From Pseudomonadota bacterium (GTDB taxonomy: Bacteria; UBA10199; 2-02-FULL-44-16; JBDRGF01), in the NCBI GenBank assembly GCA_043818055.1, contig JBDRGF010000102.1, forward strand, positions 1 through 24,033: a stretch of DNA of 24,033 nt, written 5' to 3'. The notes beneath the pieces were generated by a model. It was not told where the DNA came from, did not search any database, and saw only the letters and a list, made by a program, of their open reading frames with translations. Positions 1-7,494 of the stretch are shown piece by piece. Made by a program: the position numbers and the translations under genes. Numbering within the stretch: position 1 is the stretch's first letter; every line of letters starts with the position of its first letter.

Positions 1-177
1 TCTGAAAAGGCCAGAGGTTCTAAAATGTTTTGAGCGCGATCCGTAGCTGCGATCGCCACTCCCCCATACAAAGCTGCTTCTATCCCAAGAGGCGTAGGGG
101 CTGCGATATGAACCTCCGAAGCTTCCTGTTACAGGACGCATCACCTCTCTGAAATAACTGCTGATTGAGCTAACCAT
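1..177 (-). CDS. Partial hypothetical protein (N-terminal 59 codons, runs off the left edge)
   Basis: Read by hand: minus-strand GGAGGT, 4 nt, then ATG at 177. The frame is open to position 1 (MVSSISSYFREVMRPVTGSFGG...) and overlaps the stop of the upstream ORF by 8 nt. Confidence 0.55.
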   Translation of the reverse strand, partial: MVSSISSYFREVMRPVTGSFGGSYRSPYASWDRSSFVWGSGDRSYGSRSKHFRTSGLFR

Positions 178-1288
178 TCATACCTCCATCAATATTATTG
201 CCTGGACCTGCTAACAAATCTGCGACCTTTACATCCTTTAAACCGCGCTCGGAAGCGCCTATTCCAAAACCGTGTTTGCCTTTATATGGCAGGAATTTCG
301 TTGCTATCGTGCGCACAACATTCACGCCGCCTGAGATCAATCCGGAGAGCCTCTTTCCAACGGCGGCCAGCCCTGCTGATGCGAGCTTGCCTACACCTGA
401 GATTGTCTTCCAGACGAAATTTTTCTGTGTGAGCTTTTTACCCGCTTCATTTCCAGTATCACTCCCCTGTCCGCCTGTCTCGGATGAGAGTTCCTCTTTT
501 CTCGCTATGGGTAGTTTGCCATCTGAGCGTCCGGTTGAGGCGACCGCCGAATCCTTATGGATGCCATCCAACTTTTTGGTCTCTTGTTTATTAGTGCTAT
601 CTTTTGCCAGTGGGATGCCACCGTTTGCAACAAACTTGCCTACATTTATCAGAGTTTCCTGATCAGGAGTTTTCGGCTGAACTTTTTGAGCTAAGGCGCT
701 CTGCTTCGGGTCTTTCCCATCTTTAACATCTGCTTTTGCGCTGTCAATCACCTTTTTGCCCTTTAAGAGTTTGTTCAAATTGTCTATCACAACTCGCGGG
801 TTTTGATTACGTTGATCAAATGAAGCAGGTTTATTATTAAAAATTTTCGGTGTTATCTCTTTAAGAAGATCAGGCGAGGTTTTTTTAGACGGTAATGCAG
901 ATACACTAGCCTCATTGACTGCAGCCATCAAATTACCCTCTTTTACAGGGGCTGCTTTTGCAGACGAAGTGAGATTGCTTAAAACCCTCGCCATTTTTTT
1001 GGCTTTCGCGCATGCCTCTTGACCGTCATGCGGCTGTTGGTTAGAAACAGGCTTATTATTCGAATGGTTAGGCCTGTTTGTTAAAGCGGCTTGCTGTGGC
1101 GACCCACCTTTAACATGAGAGTTTTGATGTGTCTGCGAACCCTGCAATTTAGAAGCAGTTTTTGGCAGAGATCTCATAAGCGCAATGTTCTGCTGACGAG
1201 TGTCTTTCAGGCGGCCCTCGTTTTGATCTCTCAGCCCCTTTGTCCCCTCGGGCCTGTGGACTCCTTTTAACGGTTTATCGTACGCCAT
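170..1288 (-). CDS. Hypothetical K/Q/N/S-rich, probably largely disordered protein (372 aa)
   Basis: Long ORF with an AGGAG RBS 7 nt upstream of the ATG and a sigma54-type motif upstream; no recognisable domain motif. Confidence 0.75.
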   Translation of the reverse strand: MAYDKPLKGVHRPEGTKGLRDQNEGRLKDTRQQNIALMRSLPKTASKLQGSQTHQNSHVKGGSPQQAALTNRPNHSNNKPVSNQQPHDGQEACAKAKKMARVLSNLTSSAKAAPVKEGNLMAAVNEASVSALPSKKTSPDLLKEITPKIFNNKPASFDQRNQNPRVVIDNLNKLLKGKKVIDSAKADVKDGKDPKQSALAQKVQPKTPDQETLINVGKFVANGGIPLAKDSTNKQETKKLDGIHKDSAVASTGRSDGKLPIARKEELSSETGGQGSDTGNEAGKKLTQKNFVWKTISGVGKLASAGLAAVGKRLSGLISGGVNVVRTIATKFLPYKGKHGFGIGASERGLKDVKVADLLAGPGNNIDGGMNG

Positions 1289-1400
1289 CTGGCGACTCCT
1301 TTCACCACATTATACAACATGTCGTTATAGATAACTCTTTGTAATAACTAAATATTTTCAATATCCACCCCTTTTAAAATCCTGTTTCGCTGGTATGTGT

Positions 1401-1417
1401 TGCAGGATGTGTGCCAA
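1401..1417 (-). promoter_or_regulatory. Putative sigma54 (RpoN) -24/-12 promoter for the 170..1288 unit
   Basis: Minus strand TTGGCACACATCCTGCA: GG-N10-GC spacing matches TGGCAC-N5-TTGC with one mismatch. Confidence 0.6.
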
Positions 1418-1423
1418 GAAAGG

Positions 1424-1508
1424 CAGTGGATAGTGTTTAGTGTTTAGTGCTTAGTGAAAAAGCAATATAAGACAAAGGCGTATGTAGCATGTGGCATGTA
1501 GTATGTGG
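1424..1508. repeat. Two heptamer tandem arrays: (TAGTGYT)n at 1424-1456 and (YATGTRG)x4 at 1481-1508
   Basis: cagtgga-tagtgtt-tagtgtt-tagtgct-tagtg and tatgtag-catgtgg-catgtag-tatgtgg. Confidence 0.85.
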
Positions 1509-1523
1509 TTAAGGCAATAAGAC

Positions 1524-1549
1524 GGGCAACCACAGGGGGTTGCCCCTAC
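1524..1549 (-). repeat. GTAG-family REP hairpin, copy 1
   Basis: GGGCAACC (1524-1531) / GGTTGCCC (1538-1545) followed by CTAC, i.e. GTAG plus palindrome on the minus strand. Confidence 0.85.
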
Positions 1550-1596
1550 AAAAGCATGGATATCTCAAGGAACTTGACTAAAGGATGTACGCCTTT

Positions 1597-1662
1597 TGGT
1601 ATAATGAATTTTATACTTTTTGTATAATAAATCGTTGACTTTTTGGTATAAAAATCTATAAA
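1597..1662 (+). promoter_or_regulatory. Putative sigma70 promoter and operator of ATPase 1
   Basis: TTGACT (1635-1640)-16 nt-TATAAA (1657-1662), 7 nt before the ATG; palindrome TTATAC-N5-GTATAA (1611-1627); further GTATAA half-sites at 1599 and 1646; extended -10 TGgTATAAT at 1597-1605. Confidence 0.55.
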
Positions 1663-1669
1663 GAGATAT

Positions 1670-2797
1670 ATGGAAAATCCGTTCATTTATGGCGAATCTG
1701 TAAAAGACAAGGCCTTTTGCAATAGAAAAAAGGAAATTGCAGAACTTCTACAAGATATCAATGATGGGCAAAATCTCATCCTATTCTCTCCCCGCCGCTA
1801 TGGAAAGACCTCTTTGATACAAAATGTTCTCACCCAGGCAGAAAAAAATGGAATCGCGTGCATATATGTAGATCTCTATCCGGCACTCAATGAAATCGAC
1901 TTTACAAATCTTTTGGCCAAAGCGATCGCGCATTCGGTGCGTGGGCCTGTTGAAAAGGTGTTAGGCTGGTTTAGAGAAAACCTTCTTAAAATCAGGCCTA
2001 AAATTGTTCTGGAGGAGGATGGAACTCCCGGTTTCACCTTTGCAATCGATAACAAAAACGATCCAACCCCACATGTTGAAGATCTTCTCAATGCTGTTTA
2101 CAATAGTCTGGAGAAAGAGAATAAAAAAGGGGTAATAGTCTTCGATGAGTTTCAGCAAATAGGGGAGTTCTCTACCGACAGGCTGGAAAGAAAACTTCGA
2201 ACGATTATTCAGAAACACCGTCATATAAGCTATATATTTATGGGGAGCAAAAGGCATTTGATTTATGAAATGTTTTCAAACCCCGCCAGGCCATTTTACA
2301 GAAGCGCAAAACATTTTCCGCTTGGGAAGATCGCATCAGAAGAGTTTACCGACTTCATCCATGACCGCTTTTCATCAACCGGCAAGAAGATCGACGACGA
2401 AATAGTCTCTAAAGTTTTGAATATAACAGAGTCACATCCCTATTACACACAGCTGATGTGCCATGTTCTCTGGCAAAGGGTCGATCAGGAGGGAACAACC
2501 GATGTGGATGCTGTCATCCACGCCATATTGACACGTGAAAACAGCGCGTTTCAAAACATATGGGACATGCTTACCAATGTACAAAGAGAGGCTCTGCTTG
2601 CTGTTGCCAACAAAAATGAAAGTGATAAATTATTTTCCTCTGAGTTTCTAATGAGATTCAATCTCTCCTCAGCTTCCTCCTTTCAAAAGACGCTCAACTC
2701 ACTTATGAAGAAGGACATCATCGATAAGGATGATGGCAAGTGGACTATCCCTGATATCCTGCTAAAACTCTGGTTGAAAAAAATGACAGCACAGTGA
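1670..2797 (+). CDS. COG1672-like (archaeal-type/STAND) P-loop ATPase with probable C-terminal winged helix, 375 aa
   Basis: N-terminal NPF..G...FCNR motif, Walker A SPRRYGKT, Walker B VIVFDEFQ, FMGSKRH, SHPYY, and a C-terminal L..LMKKDII...W.I.D wHTH-like pattern. Confidence 0.85.
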   Translation: MENPFIYGESVKDKAFCNRKKEIAELLQDINDGQNLILFSPRRYGKTSLIQNVLTQAEKNGIACIYVDLYPALNEIDFTNLLAKAIAHSVRGPVEKVLGWFRENLLKIRPKIVLEEDGTPGFTFAIDNKNDPTPHVEDLLNAVYNSLEKENKKGVIVFDEFQQIGEFSTDRLERKLRTIIQKHRHISYIFMGSKRHLIYEMFSNPARPFYRSAKHFPLGKIASEEFTDFIHDRFSSTGKKIDDEIVSKVLNITESHPYYTQLMCHVLWQRVDQEGTTDVDAVIHAILTRENSAFQNIWDMLTNVQREALLAVANKNESDKLFSSEFLMRFNLSSASSFQKTLNSLMKKDIIDKDDGKWTIPDILLKLWLKKMTAQ

Positions 2798-2869
2798 ATA
2801 GAGAAACCCCAAGTCGTCCCAGTCATGCGCCCCCAGCTATACAGTGAGGAAGTGCGGCGGGGCACAGCA

Positions 2870-2968
2870 CTAGTCACTGGAAAAAGAAATATAAGCCAAA
2901 GGGGTATATAGCATAGAGTAAAAACGATAAGACGGGCAGACACTTTCGGTCTGCCCCTACAAAAGCAT
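2870..2968. repeat. Composite repeat copy 2 containing a GTAG REP hairpin (2934-2960)
   Basis: GGGCAGAC / GTCTGCCC plus CTAC. 2921-2960 is identical (40 bp) to 4313-4352, and the GAAAAAGMAATATAA block is shared with 1456-1470 and 4272-4286. Confidence 0.9.
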
Positions 2969-3010
2969 TGAAACAAGGGCTTTATCATCGGAAATTCGGG
3001 TGCCACTATT

Positions 3011-3059
3011 ATTTAGTGACTAAATTTTAGTTGCTAAAATTTAGTTGTTATTATATAAA
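3011..3059 (+). promoter_or_regulatory. Putative sigma70 promoter and operator of ATPase 2
   Basis: TTGCTA (3031-3036)-17 nt-TATAAA (3054-3059), 7 nt before ATG 3067; palindromes ATTTAGT-G-ACTAAAT (3011-3025) and ATTTTAG-TTG-CTAAAAT (3024-3040). Confidence 0.55.
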
Positions 3060-3066
3060 GTGGAAT

Positions 3067-4194
3067 ATGAAAACCTTCAAATTTGGAATGCTTATTGAAA
3101 AAGAGGATATCTGCGACAGGGAGAAGGAGATCGCGCTTTTGAAAAAAATCATAGCCCTTCCCGGCGGGAGGGCTGTCGTCTATGGGCAGAGGAGATTTGG
3201 AAAATCCTCAGTCGTATGCAATGTCATAATTAAAGATTTTGAAAAATCACCAAAAAAGGGGATTGCCATCTATGCCGACCTCTTCCAGCTCGAATCGCAG
3301 CGTGATCTCACACACAGGCTCTGCAGGGCAGTTGAAACTGCTCTAAGCGAGCACGCTAAAATTAAAACCTTCTGGGGGAAAATTCAAAATTATATAAAAA
3401 ACCTGCATGCGGAATTTTCTATAGATAGCAAGACAGGAACGCCCAAAATTTCGATAGCCGGAGGTTTTGAGAAGGATGAGAAATCGCTTTTTGAGCTCTT
3501 TTCAACCATAAATTCACTGTCATCTGAATACCCCACCCTCCTTGTACTCGATGAATTTCAGGATATAGCCTTCATCGATGGAATGGAGGCGCTACTTCGA
3601 TCAGAGATGCAAAAGCTATCCAAAACTTCGATAATACTCTTAGGATCGAAGAGGCATATACTCAAACATATTTTTCATGACGAACGCGAACCCTTCTACG
3701 GCTTTGGCACAGATGTGGATTTTGGTGTCATACCAAGAGATCTGTGGGTACCGTATATGCAGGACCGATTTGTGCCAAATGGTCAAAACATAGATGAGAC
3801 AAGCGCACAGCTCATCTCGGAATTGATGGATGATGTCCCCAATGCGATTCAGGAATTCTGCCAATGGCTCTGGATCAGCTCGTTCAAGGGAAATATTGAT
3901 GAGAAGATAATAAGAGAAGAGCTCGCAAACCTGATCCGAAATAAATCCAACCGCTTTCTGGAAAAGATGGCACCACTATCATTGAAAGAGAAACATCTTT
4001 TGCATGCTATCGCAAAAAATCAGCCGGTCGCATCGTTAAACTCAACGCAGTTTATAAGAGAGAGCGAGGTCAGTGCAAGCGGGGCAAAGGCAGCGACAGA
4101 AAGGCTTGTGGATCAGGGTGTGCTCGATCTCTCCACTGATGGATATCGAATCACAGATCCCCTCTTCAGGCATTTTTTGACGACTGACTCTTAA
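3067..4194 (+). CDS. Second COG1672-like STAND/AAA ATPase with probable C-terminal winged helix, 375 aa
   Basis: Walker A GQRRFGKS, Walker B LLVLDEFQ, LLGSKRH, PFY, C-terminal LVDQGVL...YRITDPLF. Start moved from TTG 3031 to ATG 3067, which aligns with the paralog N-terminus. Confidence 0.85.
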   Translation: MKTFKFGMLIEKEDICDREKEIALLKKIIALPGGRAVVYGQRRFGKSSVVCNVIIKDFEKSPKKGIAIYADLFQLESQRDLTHRLCRAVETALSEHAKIKTFWGKIQNYIKNLHAEFSIDSKTGTPKISIAGGFEKDEKSLFELFSTINSLSSEYPTLLVLDEFQDIAFIDGMEALLRSEMQKLSKTSIILLGSKRHILKHIFHDEREPFYGFGTDVDFGVIPRDLWVPYMQDRFVPNGQNIDETSAQLISELMDDVPNAIQEFCQWLWISSFKGNIDEKIIREELANLIRNKSNRFLEKMAPLSLKEKHLLHAIAKNQPVASLNSTQFIRESEVSASGAKAATERLVDQGVLDLSTDGYRITDPLFRHFLTTDS

Positions 4195-4200
4195 AAAAGC

Positions 4201-4352
4201 AAAGGCGTATGTAGTATGTGGTTAAGGAAGAGAAATGAAAAGAGTCGATAGGTACTGGTCGCTAGTCGCTGGAAAAAGCAATATAAAACAAATATTTATG
4301 TAGTATATGGTGAAAACGATAAGACGGGCAGACACTTTCGGTCTGCCCCTAC
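4201..4352. repeat. Composite repeat copy 3: YATGTRG x2 (4208-4221), CTRGTCG heptamers (4255-4272) and GTAG REP hairpin (4326-4352)
   Basis: 4201-4227 matches 1474-1514 minus two heptamer units; the REP is identical to copy 2; it lies between convergent genes. Confidence 0.9.
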
Positions 4353-4375
4353 GAAAACCCTCCGCACCCCCTTAT

Positions 4376-5329
4376 TCAAGAGGCTGTTTTGGTAATGCGG
4401 TTTTGGGAGAGTTTTAATTGATCTGAGCTGATTTCATTGTTTTTGATGGCCTGTTCTAGGCGTTTTATTGCCAGATGTTGATCTTCAAAGCCGGGCTCGC
4501 AGATTAGGACCATGTCGGCGCCGGCGTCTAGTGCGCGCCATGCGGATTCGGATACGGGGTAGCGCTTGAGTATCCCCTGCATGTTTAGATCGTCAGTTAT
4601 GATCACTCCCTGAAAACCCAGGACGCCGCGCAAGAGGTCGGTTGTTATAAGTCTGGATGTAGTTGCGGGCTCCAGCTCATCGAGGGCAGGGATCATCAGA
4701 TGGGCTGTCATTATCATATCGACTCCCTCGTCGATTGCGCTTCTGAATGGAACGAGCTCCCTCTCGTGCAATACTTCGCTGGTTACATTAATTGTAGGAA
4801 GGGTTTCGTGTGAATCGAGCGCTGTTTCTCCGTGTCCGGGAAAGTGTTTGCCGCAGGTTATTATGCCAGATCCTTTAAGCCCTTTGATGAACATGTTTGC
4901 TCGCTGTGATGCGACCTTTGGATCGGATGAAAATGCGCGATCTCCTATCACCTGATTTTTCGGGTTGGTGAAGAGGTCGAGCACCGGGGCGAAATCGAGA
5001 TCGATGCCTATCGACTTCAACTCCTTGCCAACGGTTAGCGCCAACTCATAGGCCTGCGTCTCATCCTTCACATTTCCCATAGGTGGGATGGTCGTAAAGC
5101 CTTTGCCTTTGAACCGCTGCACCCTTCCGCCCTCGTAATCGACAGCGACGATGAGATCATCTCGTTTGGATTTCAACTTTGATATGAGTTTTTTGATCTG
5201 TGAATGGGATTCGAAATTGCGCGTGAATAAAATCACGCCGCCGATTTCCTCAGCGCGCAGAAAATCGACAAGCTCCTTCGAAGCAGTCGTTCCGTCAAAA
5301 CCTATTATGAAATGTTTTCCCAGTTTCAT
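4376..5329 (-). CDS. nagZ: Beta-N-acetylglucosaminidase (GH3), cytoplasmic
   Basis: VDYEGGRVQR, DFAPVLD, KHFPGHG...DSH and IITDDLNM motifs; single domain, no signal peptide. Confidence 0.95.
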   Translation of the reverse strand: MKLGKHFIIGFDGTTASKELVDFLRAEEIGGVILFTRNFESHSQIKKLISKLKSKRDDLIVAVDYEGGRVQRFKGKGFTTIPPMGNVKDETQAYELALTVGKELKSIGIDLDFAPVLDLFTNPKNQVIGDRAFSSDPKVASQRANMFIKGLKGSGIITCGKHFPGHGETALDSHETLPTINVTSEVLHERELVPFRSAIDEGVDMIMTAHLMIPALDELEPATTSRLITTDLLRGVLGFQGVIITDDLNMQGILKRYPVSESAWRALDAGADMVLICEPGFEDQHLAIKRLEQAIKNNEISSDQLKLSQNRITKTAS

Positions 5330-5347
5330 AAAATTTATTTAAAAAGC

Positions 5348-5454
5348 CCACCCCCATCCGGTCGTTCGACAAGCTCACGACCACCTTCCCCCTGAAGGGG
5401 AAGGGCTTAGCGATTTTGATTTTACCACATGCTACATGCTATATGCCATATGCG
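5348..5454. repeat. CCCCCATCCGG...CCACCTTCCCCC-GGGGAAGG double-hairpin element (5348-5405) plus (CYAYATG)x4 array (5425-5452)
   Basis: Homologous to 7352-7402 and 15088-15131; its first hairpin carries TTCGACAAGCTCA. Confidence 0.85.
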
Positions 5455-5461
5455 GTTTTTT

Positions 5462-6265
5462 TCATCTTCCCCTCGGAGCCAATTTGTCGCGCAAGCCGTC
5501 GCCCAGGAAGTTAAATCCTACTACCACAAGCATGATGAATATGCCAGGGATGATCGAGAGCATCGGGTCGATGAAGAGATATTGCGTTCCCTGATCGAGC
5601 ATCGCGCCCCATGATGGCGTGTCTATCGGCACGCCTAGTCCCAAAAATGAGAGCGCCGATTCGATCATTATGACGCCTGCCATGCCGAAGCTCGCGTTCA
5701 CTACCAGAGGGCCCACCATGTTCGGCAAAAGATGTCGGAAGAAGAGGCGCGGCAGAGAGACACCGATCGCCTCGCTTGCCAGAATATATTCTCTGTTCTT
5801 GAGGGTTAGCACCTGCCCCCTCACTAGGCGGGCGTAACTCACCCAGCCCTTTAGCGATAATATCAGTATCACGTTTATAATCGACGGACGCAAAAATGCG
5901 GCGATAGCAATAGCGAAGAGAAAGCTAGGGAATGCGAGAAAGATGTCGAATATGAAATGAAAGACCCTCTCAAGCCAGCCGCCAAACCAGCCGACTATTA
6001 GCCCTATGAGCGTGCCGAAGATCATCGAGATTGAAACTACTGCGATGCCGATCCCAAGCGATGTCCTCGAACCGTAGACGATCCTCGAAAAGACGTCGCG
6101 GCCATCGACATCGTTGCCAAACCAGTATTCATGCGAAGGAGCGGCGAACTTATCATCGAGATGAAAGGTGTTCGGATCGTGCTTTGCTATGAACGACGAA
6201 AAGAGCGCCATTATTATCAATGCGCCGATGAGGAAAACGCCGAGTTTTGCAGTAAGTGAGTTCAT
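5462..6265 (-). CDS. Peptide/nickel ABC transporter permease, OppC/DppC family
   Basis: YWFGNDVDGRDVFSRIVYGSRTSL, EAA-like loop EYILASEAIG, ESALSFLGLG, PSWG and FNFLGDGLRD. Start set at ATG 6265 because the longer ORF reads through repeats. Confidence 0.9.
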   Translation of the reverse strand: MNSLTAKLGVFLIGALIIMALFSSFIAKHDPNTFHLDDKFAAPSHEYWFGNDVDGRDVFSRIVYGSRTSLGIGIAVVSISMIFGTLIGLIVGWFGGWLERVFHFIFDIFLAFPSFLFAIAIAAFLRPSIINVILILSLKGWVSYARLVRGQVLTLKNREYILASEAIGVSLPRLFFRHLLPNMVGPLVVNASFGMAGVIMIESALSFLGLGVPIDTPSWGAMLDQGTQYLFIDPMLSIIPGIFIMLVVVGFNFLGDGLRDKLAPRGR

Positions 6266-6272
6266 AAAAAAT

Positions 6273-6385
6273 CGCATGTGGCATATAAACGTGGAGCGTC
6301 CACCCGTGAAACGTGAAACGTAAAAACGCCTTTTTCGCGCTTCACGCTTCACGAACGACGCTTCACGTGTTTACATGCGCCTTTT
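6273..6385. repeat. Intergenic palindromic heptamer element
   Basis: Outer CGCATGT (6273-6279) / ACATGCG (6373-6379); inner (CGTRAAA)x3 at 6305-6325 opposed by (TCACGCT-like)x5 at 6335-6369. Confidence 0.8.
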
Positions 6386-6388
6386 CTT

Positions 6389-7306
6389 TTATAATTTCAC
6401 CCTCGGATCTACTGCTTTGTAGAGGCAATCCGTGAGGGCATTTATAATTACGTAGACAAAGGAGATCGCGATGATGCAACCTTGCACCAAAGGATAGTCC
6501 CTCCTGTATATTGAATCCATGAGAAGCGAGCCGATTCCGGGCCACGAAAAAATCTTCTCCGTTATTATAGTTCCGGCGAGCAGTGTTCCGATCTGGAGTC
6601 CTACGATCGTGATGATCGGGTTGAGGGCGTTTCTGAATGCGTGTTTGAAAATAACTTTGATGCGCCGCAACCCCTTTGCCAACGCAACCGTAACATACTC
6701 GGCGCCAAGTTCCTCTATCATGGATGAACGAGTCATCCTCGAGAGCATCGCGGCAAGAGCCGCACCCAGCGTGATCGATGGGAGGATGAGTGAAACGATG
6801 GAGCCGCCTCCTCCGATGGGGAGCCAATTGAGTTTTACAGAAAAAACCAAAATCAAAACAGGGCCCAGCCAAAAACTCGGCACAGATATGCCGACGAGCG
6901 CGATAAACATCGCTGCAGAATCCCAGAGCGAATAGCGTTTTATTGCAGCAAGAATTCCGGCCGGAATAGCGATCATGATAGCAATCGCCATCGCCGATAT
7001 CGCAAGCATTAGGGTCGCTTTGTATCTCTCTTTGAGGTGCTCGACCACAGGTCTGCGATCATGAATCGAACGCCCCAGATCACCCTTCACGAAACCTTTT
7101 AAAAAGATCCCGTATTGTTCGATGACGGGCAGATCGAGGTGAAGATCTTTGGCAAGCGCGATGCGATCAGCCTGAAGGGCTTGCTCCCCGATGATTATAT
7201 CGACAGGATCTCCGGGGATGATGTGTATGAGCATGAAGACGATAGTCGATACCGCCAGGAGAACAGGAACGATGCCTAAGAGGCGTTTTATTATGTATGA
7301 TATCAT
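6389..7306 (-). CDS. Peptide/nickel ABC transporter permease, OppB/DppB family
   Basis: YIIKRLL...IPGDPV, GDLGRS, SVPSFWLG, EYVTVALAKGL, TEKIFSWPGIG, RDYPLVQG and DPRVK. Start set at ATG 7306. Confidence 0.9.
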   Translation of the reverse strand: MISYIIKRLLGIVPVLLAVSTIVFMLIHIIPGDPVDIIIGEQALQADRIALAKDLHLDLPVIEQYGIFLKGFVKGDLGRSIHDRRPVVEHLKERYKATLMLAISAMAIAIMIAIPAGILAAIKRYSLWDSAAMFIALVGISVPSFWLGPVLILVFSVKLNWLPIGGGGSIVSLILPSITLGAALAAMLSRMTRSSMIEELGAEYVTVALAKGLRRIKVIFKHAFRNALNPIITIVGLQIGTLLAGTIITEKIFSWPGIGSLLMDSIYRRDYPLVQGCIIAISFVYVIINALTDCLYKAVDPRVKL

Positions 7307-7314
7307 AATGTAAC

Positions 7315-7489
7315 AAAAGCGCATGTGGCATGTAGCATGTGGTAAAAAAAACCACCCCCATCCGGCCTCCGGCCACCTTCCCCCTGCAAGCATGGGGAAG
7401 GGCATAGCGGAAAAGAGATTGAGACCACCTTCCCCCTGAGGGGGAAGGGCTTGGCTTTTTTGGTTTTACTACATGCTACATGCGCCTTT
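7315..7489. repeat. Composite MITE-like intergenic element with heptamer-built inverted ends and internal CCTTCCCC/GGGGAAGG hairpins
   Basis: 7315-7335 and 7469-7489 are inverted repeats (19/21 match); internal hairpin units at 7352-7402 and 7425-7449. Confidence 0.8.
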
Positions 7490-7494
7490 CTCTT

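Noticed and set aside
94..105. GTAGGGGCTGCG as another REP
   Set aside because: No complementary arm follows; it is probably chance coding sequence.
2798..2869. GC-rich stretch after ATPase 1 as an ncRNA or terminator
   Set aside because: Only weak, interrupted pairing, no U-tract and no second copy in the window.
1670..4194. ATPases as the missing ABC ATPase subunits of the neighbouring transporter
   Set aside because: No LSGGQ signature or Q/H-loop pattern; the motifs are COG1672/STAND type and the genes are on the opposite strand.
1452..4352. CRISPR array or classical integron
   Set aside because: The spacers are whole genes, no cas or intI gene is present, and I found no attC-type RYYYAAC...GTTRRRY ends; the repeats are GTAG-REP type.
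6266..7405. N-terminal extensions of the permeases (starts at 6352 and 7405)
   Set aside because: They are translations of intergenic repeats (CHMRF, AGGRWPEAGWG); family-typical N-termini begin at 6265 and 7306.
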